A stretch of DNA of 64,000 nt from a virus. Numbering within the stretch: the first letter of the stretch is position 1; each line of letters starts with the position of its first letter. The stretch is from the IMG/VR virus record IMGVR_UViG_3300025305_003938, positions 1 through 64,000 of that record, one strand, 5' to 3'. The notes under the pieces were generated by a model. That model was not told the origin of the DNA. It saw nothing but the letters and a program-made list of their open reading frames with translations, and did no database searches. Made by a program: the position numbers and the translations under genes. Below are positions 1 through 8,290 of this stretch, one piece after another.

Positions 1-128
1 ACTGGATGGTTGGAGATGTTGAATCTGTTATGCAGTCTCTCTGCCGAGAGGTCGAAGACCGCCGCGACCCTGGCTGCGCTAGCGCATTCGCCAACCAAAT
101 TGATCTTTTTGACATCAACAACCTTTAA
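1..128 (+). CDS. partial hypothetical protein (5' end outside window)
   Basis: Frame 3 is open from the window start to TAA at 126-128 (...AFANQIDLFDINNL*). Confidence 0.4.
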   Translation, partial: WMVGDVESVMQSLCREVEDRRDPGCASAFANQIDLFDINNL

Positions 129-141
129 TTGGAATTTTAAA

Positions 142-267
142 ATGGAACTTTGGAATACGTGTAATTCTCTTCGATACGGATTTGACGAAAACTATGACAG
201 ACCATCATACGAGGATGAAGAAGCAATTGATGAAACTCAAGATGAAGATCGCGAAGAACAAGTCTAA
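142..267 (+). CDS. small acidic hypothetical protein
   Basis: ATG at 142 (MELWNTC...) inside ORF 10..267; acidic C-terminus; stop overlaps a partial copy of the cassette palindrome. Confidence 0.5.
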   Translation: MELWNTCNSLRYGFDENYDRPSYEDEEAIDETQDEDREEQV

Positions 268-356
268 CTTTTATTGTCGATTTTGTGGCTGGAGTAGTCA
301 TAAGCAGCGGAATAGTTGCCCGTCTTGTTATAGCAGTGTACCACTAAAAGAACGAT

Positions 357-444
357 AAAACTTTTATTTGACAATAAAGTTTTAGCTATTGACTTTGCTA
401 GCGCGATCAGGCATAATAAGAGAGTGAAAGGGCAATCAAGCCCA
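357..444 (+). promoter_or_regulatory. early promoter cassette 1 (palindrome + sigma70 promoter + leader stem-loop)
   Basis: AACTTTTATTTGACAATAAAGTT 359-381; TTGACT 389-394, 17 bp, CATAAT 412-417; leader AGAGAGTGAAAGGGCAATCAAGCCCA. Confidence 0.85.
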
Positions 445-457
445 TGGGGACAGGTCA

Positions 458-673
458 ATGATAACGGATCCAATGATTCAAGTGGGCACGCTATTGCAGT
501 TTTATGGCGGAACTCCCGACGGAGACTGCACCGGGCTGGTGCTTAAGATTGGTTGGGACGGAGCGCCAACGATCTTGTGGTCAGACACGACTACTCCCCA
601 ACTTCACGAGCCCGATGGTTGCAAGCAGGCACTGTTTGACGGCACGTGGGAAATTCTTAACCAGTGTGATTAA
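458..673 (+). CDS. small SH3/KOW-like hypothetical protein
   Basis: Follows cassette 1; IQVGTLL...GLVLKI...ILW pattern. Confidence 0.7.
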   Translation: MITDPMIQVGTLLQFYGGTPDGDCTGLVLKIGWDGAPTILWSDTTTPQLHEPDGCKQALFDGTWEILNQCD

Positions 674-759
674 AACTTTTATTTGACAATAAAGTTTTAG
701 CTATTGACTTCTGCCTTGCACTCAGGCATAATAAGAGAGTGGAAGGGCGCTCAAGCCCA
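672..759 (+). promoter_or_regulatory. early promoter cassette 2
   Basis: Same palindrome 674-696; TTGACT 704-709, 17 bp, CATAAT 727-732; GGGC..AAGCCCA hairpin; SD GGAG. Confidence 0.85.
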
Positions 760-774
760 AACGGAGATTAGAAA

Positions 775-1557
775 ATGTCTTATAAGCGAACTGTACACTG
801 CTCTTACTGCTACAACACCGGCCACAATCGGCGCGGCTGCCCCGATCTCAAAAAGTTTATCAAGGAGAACCCTGATAGCTATGTCGCCAAGCGCGCCGAA
901 TCCCGTAAGGCTAGCCAGCGGCCGCGCAAGTGCTCTTACTGCGCTACCCCGGGCCACACCCGCCGTACCTGCGAGAAGTTTAAGACGAATCGTCAGATCT
1001 TCATCGACGATGCGCTGCTTTACCGGCGAGCCTTCAAGGCATGGGCAGATAAGGTTGGCCTAGGCATTGGCGCACTAGTGGAATACGAAGGAGTGCAGCA
1101 CATAGACCGCGACGGGAACTGGACATATGATAATGATGCTAAGGTGCTGATGATGGTCACTCACTTAGATGCTGACGACCATGATATCAGCACTCATCGC
1201 AGTATCGTTAGCCGGCATGCGCTTTCTCCGTTGATTGGCCGGCCGATCTGGATGGATGCAACATCGAGCAAGGGTAGAATGCAGCTGCGGCTCCCAGAGA
1301 TCCCGGGAGTCTCGCCGGCTACCTTCGCCGATCACTGGGACAGCCAACGTCAGCGCGGAGTTGAACGAAGCTTCAAGATTGTTTCCCCTGCACCGGGCGA
1401 GATCCCTGAGTCGTACTTATCTCTGGACAATATTGTTGCAATGGCAGACGAGGTATTTAAACCAAAGGCTGCCCATGGCCAAATGCACTACGATACCAAG
1501 ATTTGCGACGAGCAGCGCGCTGCACTAGTACAGGCAGCAGATCTCGACGCGGGATAA
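775..1557 (+). CDS. protein with two CCHC zinc knuckles
   Basis: CSYCYNTGHNRRGC and CSYCATPGHTRRTC. Confidence 0.8.
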   Translation: MSYKRTVHCSYCYNTGHNRRGCPDLKKFIKENPDSYVAKRAESRKASQRPRKCSYCATPGHTRRTCEKFKTNRQIFIDDALLYRRAFKAWADKVGLGIGALVEYEGVQHIDRDGNWTYDNDAKVLMMVTHLDADDHDISTHRSIVSRHALSPLIGRPIWMDATSSKGRMQLRLPEIPGVSPATFADHWDSQRQRGVERSFKIVSPAPGEIPESYLSLDNIVAMADEVFKPKAAHGQMHYDTKICDEQRAALVQAADLDAG

Positions 1558-1631
1558 ACTAGACACCCTAAAACTAATAATATCAACAAGTTAAGTACAC
1601 TAAAAAAGTTTTCACTAAAAAGTAAAAATAC

Positions 1632-1687
1632 TTGCAATTCACCCCCCACTGGGGTATACTTAGAGAGTGGAAGGGCACTTAAGCCCA
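1632..1687 (+). promoter_or_regulatory. early promoter cassette 3
   Basis: TTGCAA 1632-1637, 17 bp, TATACT 1655-1660; AGAGAGTGGAAGGGCACTTAAGCCCA leader; IHF-consensus match upstream at 1581-1593. Confidence 0.8.
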
Positions 1688-1703
1688 CTAGGAGACGACA
1701 AAC

Positions 1704-2792
1704 ATGGCTATTGACTTCAAAACTTTCGGCAACATCACTTCTCACATTACAGACCAGCGTCTCCCCGTCCTTTTGCGCGGCCGACACGGCATTGGTAAGT
1801 CGCAGGTGGTGTACCAGTTCGCGGCAACCCTTGGCCTCCCGGTCGTAGAGCGCCGCGCGTCTCAAATGACTGAGGGTGACCTTCTTGGCCTCCCTAACGT
1901 TGCCGACGACGACGCGACCGGACTCCCGGTCACTACGTTCAACGCGCCTGACTGGCTGCACACTGCTAGCACTCAGGCTGTCGTCCTCTTCCTCGATGAA
2001 GTCGACCGGGCAACCCCAGAGGTTCGCCAGGGTATCTTCGAACTCACTGACTCGCGTAAGATTGCTGGTCGCACTCTGCACCCCGATACTCTGATCTTCG
2101 CTGCCGTCAATGGTGGCGAGCACGGGTCGCAGTATCAGGTCGGCGAGATGGACCCTGCCGAACTTGACCGCTGGGTCTGCTTCGATGTCGAGCCCACGGT
2201 AGAAGATTGGCTCACGTGGGGTAAGGAAAACGTTGATAGCGTTGTCTGGGACTTCATTAACCAGAACCGCGATCACCTTGAGCATGGTGGAGAGTTTGAG
2301 CCCAACAAGGTTTATCCTTCCCGCCGATCCTGGCAGCGTCTCAACGATGTTTTGACCACTGCTGGTCTGCTGACTGCCAACGAAACGACCGCAGCGTTGT
2401 TCCCGATTGCTGCTAGCATCGTCGGCTTCGAAGCTGCTGTTTCGTTCAACGACTTTGTTGCAAACTACGACCGTCAGCTGACCGTCGAGAATATTCTGGT
2501 CGACGGCATGATTGAAAAGACTGCCGAGTGGGGAATCAACGACCACTGCGCGATGATTGAAAAGTTCACTGGTGCAGACATCTTCACTAACAGCTTGGAC
2601 GAGAACCGTATCAACAATCTTGCGCGATACTTCGTTAGCCTGCCCTCTGAGGCAGCAATGAAGCTTTGGAGCGCACTGGGCCAAGGGGCGACGGAGAACA
2701 CGATTGCTCTGCACAAGGCGCGCGTTGGCGACCAGTCAGTGTCTCAGTACATCGTTGACATCCTCACTGGAGGCGACGAAGCTTCCAGCTAA
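1704..2792 (+). CDS. MoxR-like AAA+ ATPase (AAA_5 type)
   Basis: Walker A GRHGIGKS, Walker B VLFLDEVDRA, DPAELDRW arginine finger, PSRRSW. Confidence 0.9.
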   Translation: MAIDFKTFGNITSHITDQRLPVLLRGRHGIGKSQVVYQFAATLGLPVVERRASQMTEGDLLGLPNVADDDATGLPVTTFNAPDWLHTASTQAVVLFLDEVDRATPEVRQGIFELTDSRKIAGRTLHPDTLIFAAVNGGEHGSQYQVGEMDPAELDRWVCFDVEPTVEDWLTWGKENVDSVVWDFINQNRDHLEHGGEFEPNKVYPSRRSWQRLNDVLTTAGLLTANETTAALFPIAASIVGFEAAVSFNDFVANYDRQLTVENILVDGMIEKTAEWGINDHCAMIEKFTGADIFTNSLDENRINNLARYFVSLPSEAAMKLWSALGQGATENTIALHKARVGDQSVSQYIVDILTGGDEASS

Positions 2793-2804
2793 TCACAGTG
2801 CAGG

Positions 2805-2828
2805 GGTCCCCGGCTTCGGCCGGGGGCC
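2805..2828 (+). other. intercistronic hairpin with cUUCGg tetraloop
   Basis: GGTCCCCGGC-TTCG-GCCGGGGGCC; no U-tract follows. Confidence 0.7.
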
Positions 2829-2839
2829 GAGAGGTAAAT

Positions 2840-3049
2840 ATGAAAGAAAAGAACATAGAAGAAGTAATCATCGATCTGGACCGGGCAATCGAGTCCTCCG
2901 ATTGGGGCGAAGTACGTACGCTGTGGGAGTCCTACAGCACTAGTGAGTTTGGCCTGTCGGAGTGGATCCACCTACACCAAATCGTCGGTGGAATTCGGTT
3001 GGCCAATGCGCTAGCGCAGTCAATCACCCCGCCGCCAGAAGATGAATAA
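2840..3049 (+). CDS. hypothetical protein
   Basis: SD GAGGT then ATG 2840 (MKEKNIEE). Confidence 0.7.
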   Translation: MKEKNIEEVIIDLDRAIESSDWGEVRTLWESYSTSEFGLSEWIHLHQIVGGIRLANALAQSITPPPEDE

Positions 3050-3140
3050 AAACAACTAGTTACACGTTACTTCAGAACAAAACATAGCAATTACAACAAC
3101 TTAGAGTCCTATATCTTATTTGAATAACTAGTTATTATGC

Positions 3141-3182
3141 TTGCAATTCGGCTGAAACTCAGGCATAATAAGAGAGTAGGGA
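3141..3182 (+). promoter_or_regulatory. early promoter cassette 4
   Basis: TTGCAA 3141-3146, 17 bp, CATAAT 3164-3169, AAGAGAGT leader; palindrome AATAACTAGTTATT 3123-3136 upstream. Confidence 0.8.
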
Positions 3183-3190
3183 GTTACTTA

Positions 3191-4471
3191 ATGACTGACG
3201 AATCCAAAACTTTTGACCTTAACATGCACGTTGCGCGACTACTGCGCGATGAGCCCTTTTTTGCTGCACTCAGCCGACGCGTCGACAAGGTAGCCTCCGA
3301 TGCCGTGCCGACGGCTGGTGTCCGAGTGACCGAAGAAGGTAAGCTGGAAATGGCTTACAACACTCAGTTTTTCGCCGGCCTTACTGATGTTCAGCGAGCC
3401 GGAGTACTCAAGCATGAGTTCTACCACCTTGTTTTCGAACATGTTACGGGTCGACTTCCAGAAAAGAAGATGACGAAAATCTGGAACATCGCGACAGACT
3501 TGGCTATCAACTCCCACTTGCAGGGACAGCTGCCCGAAGCATGCTGCATGCCCGGCGAAGGACCCTTCAAGAATCTTCCGGCGGGCCAGTCTGCCGAGTG
3601 GTACCTTAAAGCCCTGAAGGATATGCAGAAAGAGCAGGAAGAGAACGAAGGCGAAGGCCAGCAGGGCAACAACCCCGGCGACGACTGCGAAGGCGAAGGC
3701 GGAGGCCAAGGTCAGGGCGAAGGCGAAGGCGAAGGTCAGGGCCAAGGCCAAGGTAACGGATCCTGGGAGGACCAGCAGTTTGATGATCACGGCGGCTGGG
3801 CCGAGGGTAGCGACGAAGCAAAGCAGATTGCTAAGGAACGAATTAAAGAATACATCAAGGATGCTGCCGAGGAGGCTAGCGCATCGCGCGGCTGGGGTAC
3901 CGTCTCTAGCAGCGTACGCAAGCAGATCCTAGATTCCATCCGCTCAACGGTCGACTGGAAGAAGGTCCTCCGCTACTTCATCAAGACCTCTCAGCGCGCC
4001 AACAAGCGTTCTACTGTGCGCCGGCTGAACAAACGCTACCCCTACCAGCACCCGGGTTCTAAGGTGCTTCGACAGGCCAACATCGCTATCAGCGTCGATC
4101 AGTCTGGGTCGGTAAGTGACAAGATGCTAGCAGCGTTCTTCTCGGAACTGAACAAGCTAGCCAATGTCGCGACCTTCACGGTCGTACCGTTCGACACTCG
4201 CGTTGATGAGTCGAAGGTCTACGTCTGGAAGAAGGGCGAAACCCGCAAGCGAGAACGAGTGCTTTACGGTGGCACCGACTTCAACGCGCCGACAAAGTTT
4301 GTCAACGCTGGCAAGTTCGACGGACACATTGTTTTGACCGACATGGAGGCTCCTAAGCCTATCGCTAGCAATTGCCAGCGTATGTGGATGACCAGCGAAC
4401 GACATGCCCAGCGACCCTACTTCAAGACGACTGAACGCGTGATTGGAATCAAGATCCCAGAGGGCCGATAA
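3191..4471 (+). CDS. DUF2201-like metallopeptidase + vWA domain protein
   Basis: HEFYH, WNIATDLAIN, Gly/Glu/Gln linker, MIDAS-like DQSGS, GGTDF, LTD; start moved to ATG 3191 after promoter and SD. Confidence 0.85.
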   Translation: MTDESKTFDLNMHVARLLRDEPFFAALSRRVDKVASDAVPTAGVRVTEEGKLEMAYNTQFFAGLTDVQRAGVLKHEFYHLVFEHVTGRLPEKKMTKIWNIATDLAINSHLQGQLPEACCMPGEGPFKNLPAGQSAEWYLKALKDMQKEQEENEGEGQQGNNPGDDCEGEGGGQGQGEGEGEGQGQGQGNGSWEDQQFDDHGGWAEGSDEAKQIAKERIKEYIKDAAEEASASRGWGTVSSSVRKQILDSIRSTVDWKKVLRYFIKTSQRANKRSTVRRLNKRYPYQHPGSKVLRQANIAISVDQSGSVSDKMLAAFFSELNKLANVATFTVVPFDTRVDESKVYVWKKGETRKRERVLYGGTDFNAPTKFVNAGKFDGHIVLTDMEAPKPIASNCQRMWMTSERHAQRPYFKTTERVIGIKIPEGR

Positions 4472-4554
4472 CTTTTATTTGAGAATAAAGTTATAGCCAT
4501 TGACTTTGCCTCGTTTCACAGGTATAATTAAAGAGTAAGTGGGCAATGAAGCCC
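4470..4554 (+). promoter_or_regulatory. early promoter cassette 5
   Basis: AACTTTTATTTGAGAATAAAGTT 4470-4492; TTGACT 4500-4505, 17 bp, TATAAT 4523-4528; GGGC..AAGCCC hairpin; SD GGAG. Confidence 0.85.
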
Positions 4555-4568
4555 GGGAGATCTGCACC

Positions 4569-5336
4569 ATGACACTAGCGATTCGCAAAGCACTCACCGC
4601 AAACGGCTTCAAAGTACACAACAACAAGGCGGATGAGCTTGTGGCTAGCAAGTTTCACTCGTCCATTCGGAACGTCCGCATCGTCTTCAATGCCGGGGTT
4701 GACAAGAGCACCGGGAAGGCGATTGCTGGCAAGCACGCGCAGTTTAAGGCAGTGTTCATCAACAACCAGAGTCAGTGGCGCACGATTGCGACCGGGAGCA
4801 CCTTTAAGGGCTCCACTCGCTTTGCCTCTGCGTTGATTGCCATCGAGGTCGGAGCCGAGGGTGCATCGGCCTGCAAGTGCGGAGCAAAGAAGTTCAAGGC
4901 AAAGTCTGGAAAAGTTGTTTGCGCGAATGCGTGCTGGGCCAACAACGGCTGGAGCCGCAAGAAGAAGGCTAGCAACAAGCCAGCAGCTGCTAAGGCACCG
5001 AAGGGAGCTAGCGCTAGCCTGAGGACACCGCGCAAGAAGACGAAAGCTACACGTGCCCCAGCGCGCCCTACCAAGCGCCCACGCATCCGCGAGGGTGAGA
5101 ACGTGGCTGTTGAGCAGTTTCACGTTGGCCAGCTGGTCAAGATAATGGGACCCGCAGCTGGTGGCATGGGAGTTGTTGTAGGGGTCGAGGAGCACGGGGA
5201 AGTGACGCGGAACACCCGCTTGATTCGCGAGTCTCAGTTTATCACTGTACGTCTTATGTCCGGCGAGACTAAATCAGCATGGAATTACCGTATCACAACT
5301 GACGAGTACCTAGTCTACTTCACGGCAGCGTCATAA
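4569..5336 (+). CDS. basic protein with Cys cluster, K/A-rich linker and C-terminal SH3/KOW-like domain
   Basis: CKCG...CANAC; FHVGQLVKI...GVVVGV. Confidence 0.75.
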   Translation: MTLAIRKALTANGFKVHNNKADELVASKFHSSIRNVRIVFNAGVDKSTGKAIAGKHAQFKAVFINNQSQWRTIATGSTFKGSTRFASALIAIEVGAEGASACKCGAKKFKAKSGKVVCANACWANNGWSRKKKASNKPAAAKAPKGASASLRTPRKKTKATRAPARPTKRPRIREGENVAVEQFHVGQLVKIMGPAAGGMGVVVGVEEHGEVTRNTRLIRESQFITVRLMSGETKSAWNYRITTDEYLVYFTAAS

Positions 5337-5338
5337 AC

Positions 5339-5629
5339 ATGGCCGATAGCTCTAAACAAAAGACTCCTAATGCAGCTGCGCTTGAGGCTCCTAGCTTCGA
5401 ACGCGTGAGGTTTAACGTTGGAGATCTTGTAGAGGTCAACGACAGGGGAAGAGAATTAAACAGTCCAGAGGAATTCTTTGCGAATCTCCCCGGGATTGTC
5501 ATCGCAGTTGTCCCGCACCATGGTACTTGGCGCAACGCCCCGCGAGTGGTGACTGTACATCATGGCGGAATTGAGCGCATGGCATGGGACGAAGAATATT
5601 TAATTAAACTAGGAGAAGGAGAGAGTTAA
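5339..5629 (+). CDS. small SH3/KOW-like protein
   Basis: FNVGDLVEV...GIVIAV. Confidence 0.75.
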   Translation: MADSSKQKTPNAAALEAPSFERVRFNVGDLVEVNDRGRELNSPEEFFANLPGIVIAVVPHHGTWRNAPRVVTVHHGGIERMAWDEEYLIKLGEGES

Positions 5630-5665
5630 GTTAGTTTGGAAAGTAGTTAGAGAAGGAGAGTTAAC

Positions 5666-5908
5666 ATGTATTTTTTCGAAATAGGAGACGAGGTAGTACA
5701 CCTAGACTATATTAGCTGGGGTACCTGCACTGTCCACGATATCAACCCCGTTGAGGAAGACGAGGCAGCTGGCCCATACGCCATACGACTAGGCGACGTT
5801 GAGAGCGAGAACCTAACGTTCCTTTATGGAGTGAGAGAAGAAAAACTCATCCACGTTAAATTCCTTCATGAGACTATGAACAAAACTAACGAGAGCGAAG
5901 AAGAATAA
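5666..5908 (+). CDS. small SH3/KOW-like protein
   Basis: SD AGGAG; FEIGDEVVH...GTCTV. Confidence 0.75.
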   Translation: MYFFEIGDEVVHLDYISWGTCTVHDINPVEEDEAAGPYAIRLGDVESENLTFLYGVREEKLIHVKFLHETMNKTNESEEE

Positions 5909-5921
5909 AAAGATAAAACCA

Positions 5922-6212
5922 ATGACAACAAGAGACTTAAAACCGGGAGACTTAATAAAAGCTAGATTCTCAGGATCTGTAGGTAAGTTTGCAAGGTACG
6001 AAAATAAAATAGGTGTAGTAACAAAGTGCTATAAGGTGAGACGCTACGTAATACAATGGCAAGACAAAGAAGAACCAGAATACGGTTGGTCTGAGTTTGA
6101 TTTAAAAACCATTGAGCCTAACCCTCATCCAGAAACCTGCCCCTGCGAACCTTGCATAGACACTAGCAACCAGCAATTGCCAGATATAGAGAATGATATA
6201 AGTGGTGTATAG
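5922..6212 (+). CDS. small SH3/KOW-like protein
   Basis: LKPGDLIK...IGVVTK...YVIQW. Confidence 0.75.
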   Translation: MTTRDLKPGDLIKARFSGSVGKFARYENKIGVVTKCYKVRRYVIQWQDKEEPEYGWSEFDLKTIEPNPHPETCPCEPCIDTSNQQLPDIENDISGV

Positions 6213-6329
6213 TTGCTAGCTTACGGCATTATATGTTAGTTATTTATTAATATATGCTTTATAGCGTCTGCGCTGATGGCCTGCTGAATGACAGCGACTT
6301 AGTACACCCCCACAACACCAATGTCAAGC

Positions 6330-6398
6330 TGTGAGTTTGTGAGCAGGTATTGTGAGTATATATCATGAGTTTGTGAGTATTCTAAGCAGCGATGTGAG
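6330..6398. repeat. cluster of TGTGAG direct repeats
   Basis: TGTGAG at 6330, 6338, 6351, 6372, 6393. Confidence 0.8.
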
Positions 6399-6495
6399 TA
6401 ATTAGCCCCAATATTGGCCAATAATCACGCAGAGAGCGGAAATAGCATTAAAAAAAAGTATAATGAATTCAACCACTTAATAAAGGTTCTACTTA

Positions 6496-6747
6496 ATGGA
6501 GATAAAAACTCACAGTCAAATCTCAGCGAAATCAGGCAGTATCGCGCAGGAAACCGCGCCCTTTGCCGTCGGTCAGCTTGTGAGTCTCAGCGATAGCTTC
6601 TACTTCTCCAACGAGGATATTGGCGACGAGTGCGGTATCATTGTGTCAGTACACAAAGAGATGTATGAGTGGGCAGCGTACGTACACATACAACGCCTAG
6701 GCCGAACATTATACTTTGCGCAGAGTGAATTGATATTAATAAACTAG
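6496..6747 (+). CDS. small SH3/KOW-like protein
   Basis: FAVGQLVSL...CGIIVSV. Confidence 0.7.
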   Translation: MEIKTHSQISAKSGSIAQETAPFAVGQLVSLSDSFYFSNEDIGDECGIIVSVHKEMYEWAAYVHIQRLGRTLYFAQSELILIN

Positions 6748-7052
6748 TTACATGGCTAGGTGTAGCAACCAACACGACGCTAACCGGGTTTTCTAGTTGC
6801 CCGTCAGTCTGAGGTTGTTGGGAAAGTTGTTATAAAGATGTTACAGGGTGGGCAAAATAACATTTATAAACTATATACGTTATCATGCAATTGCTTCCAC
6901 GATTTATACGAGAGTCAGAGCGTACCTTCTGGGTTAGCTGCTTAATTACTCAGCAATGCATATGGACTATTCTACAAGCACTATAACAATGTATGAATTC
7001 ATAGCTATCTGCGCAGCTGCATGCGTACTCTCCACTATATTACCTCCGGCCT

Positions 7053-7216
7053 TGTGAGCTGTGAGCCGTGATCTTGTGAGCTATGCAATCCGTGAGTTCA
7101 TGAGCTTTGTGATCTTCAGATTAACTCACAGCAGAGACTAGAACATCGCCGAGAGCATTAATAAAAAGAATGTATAATACATATAACATGACAGGTACCC
7201 CCCCTCCCCCTATCCC
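7053..7216. repeat. second TGTGAG cluster plus C-tract
   Basis: TGTGAG at 7053, 7060, 7075; variants at 7091, 7108; inverted CTCACA at 7125; GGTACCCCCCCTCCCCCTATCCC 7194-7216. Confidence 0.75.
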
Positions 7217-7514
7217 GGGATCTTATCCCCAATGCATGTAGGGTGCATGTGGGTTGCGCCATGGACGTTAACGATATCGCGACAAAAATCTGAGATATTA
7301 AGTACCACCTCATAATGTAGGCCGGCTAATTCAGCTAATCATATCGAGGATGAAGTATATAATAAAAGCATGCATGTACCTAGCGCTAACCAACACAGCA
7401 AAAGAGGTTAAAGATAATACTCAGCGCTAAAAAATCCGCCAATAAAAAATAGAGAGTATACTAATTAAATTGTAGAGGATACAATAACTTATAAGCCGCA
7501 TAACGGAGAGTCTA

Positions 7515-7784
7515 ATGCCAACTAGCTTCGGCCAAGCAATGATATTAACACTGGCAATCATAATCCCGGGGGGTCTACTAGTATATTTTGCATGGAAGGG
7601 CCATAAAAGACTCCAGGCGCGCAAGGAACACGACAGCGATGGGGTAGAGAAACGCTTGAGACGCTTAGAACTTAGATATAAAGCCAGAGTAGAGTCTAAT
7701 AAAAGAATCCGCGCAGCCAGGAGCATGCGTAAATCCCTTACCCCCAAAAAAGGCCTCCCCAAATATATCCGACCAAAAAGATAG
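7515..7784 (+). CDS. small membrane protein with basic C-terminal tail
   Basis: SD GGAG; one hydrophobic helix then K/R-rich tail. Confidence 0.7.
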   Translation: MPTSFGQAMILTLAIIIPGGLLVYFAWKGHKRLQARKEHDSDGVEKRLRRLELRYKARVESNKRIRAARSMRKSLTPKKGLPKYIRPKR

Positions 7785-8009
7785 CTGCGCCCTTAGGCCA
7801 CTATCATCGCCACACGCTCCATATAGCCTTGCCGGCCTCCTGCAGTTAGCATACGACGCTTCGTGCATGCTAGCAGCACATATGTCGGATAGAGCCCGGG
7901 TATGTTGTCGCGTTTGCGAGTAGGCGCCGGCTATGACGCTGCAGCTAGCCGTTTTTGTATATTAATTGGCCACTGTACGCTAATTGGCGTTTAATGGTAT
8001 ATATATTAC

Positions 8010-8255
8010 ATGAGTAACATGATTATAGACTCCATGGATTTACTAAAAGAATTCCTACAAAGGCTGAATTCCTTCTATGGCCATGACAATATGGTGTCAC
8101 TAGATGAGCGCCATGGTGTGCTCCACTTCGAAGCGAAAGATAAAGCTGGTAAAAAGGTAGTTTGGCACATTAATGTCGAGGACAAATGGGTGAAAGAGCG
8201 GGAAAAATTTTTGGATTCCTTCGAAAAGATGCCTACTAGTGATTGCGACGATTAA
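8010..8255 (+). CDS. hypothetical protein
   Basis: ORF track; fills the gap without overlap. Confidence 0.65.
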   Translation: MSNMIIDSMDLLKEFLQRLNSFYGHDNMVSLDERHGVLHFEAKDKAGKKVVWHINVEDKWVKEREKFLDSFEKMPTSDCDD

Positions 8256-8290
8256 ATCCGCCCTAACTTAATTTTAAATCTAATTAAGAT

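Noticed and set aside
1488-2714. 408-aa minus-strand ORF (also 3239..3790 and 4575..5195)
   Set aside because: Antisense shadows of GC-rich plus-strand genes that have clear motifs and promoters.
3137-3190. Upstream starts given by the ORF track (3137, 4539, 11822, 17199, 17720, 41756, 43086 etc.)
   Set aside because: They overlap promoters or upstream genes; downstream ATGs with SDs or shared leaders fit better.
357-4554. Early-region repeats as a CRISPR array or integron attC sites
   Set aside because: Spacing is gene-sized and irregular, the repeats contain promoters and SDs, and no cas or integron integrase gene is present.
6785-6946. Start-less reading frame resembling a decayed small gene
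   Set aside because: No start codon or SD and too short to support.
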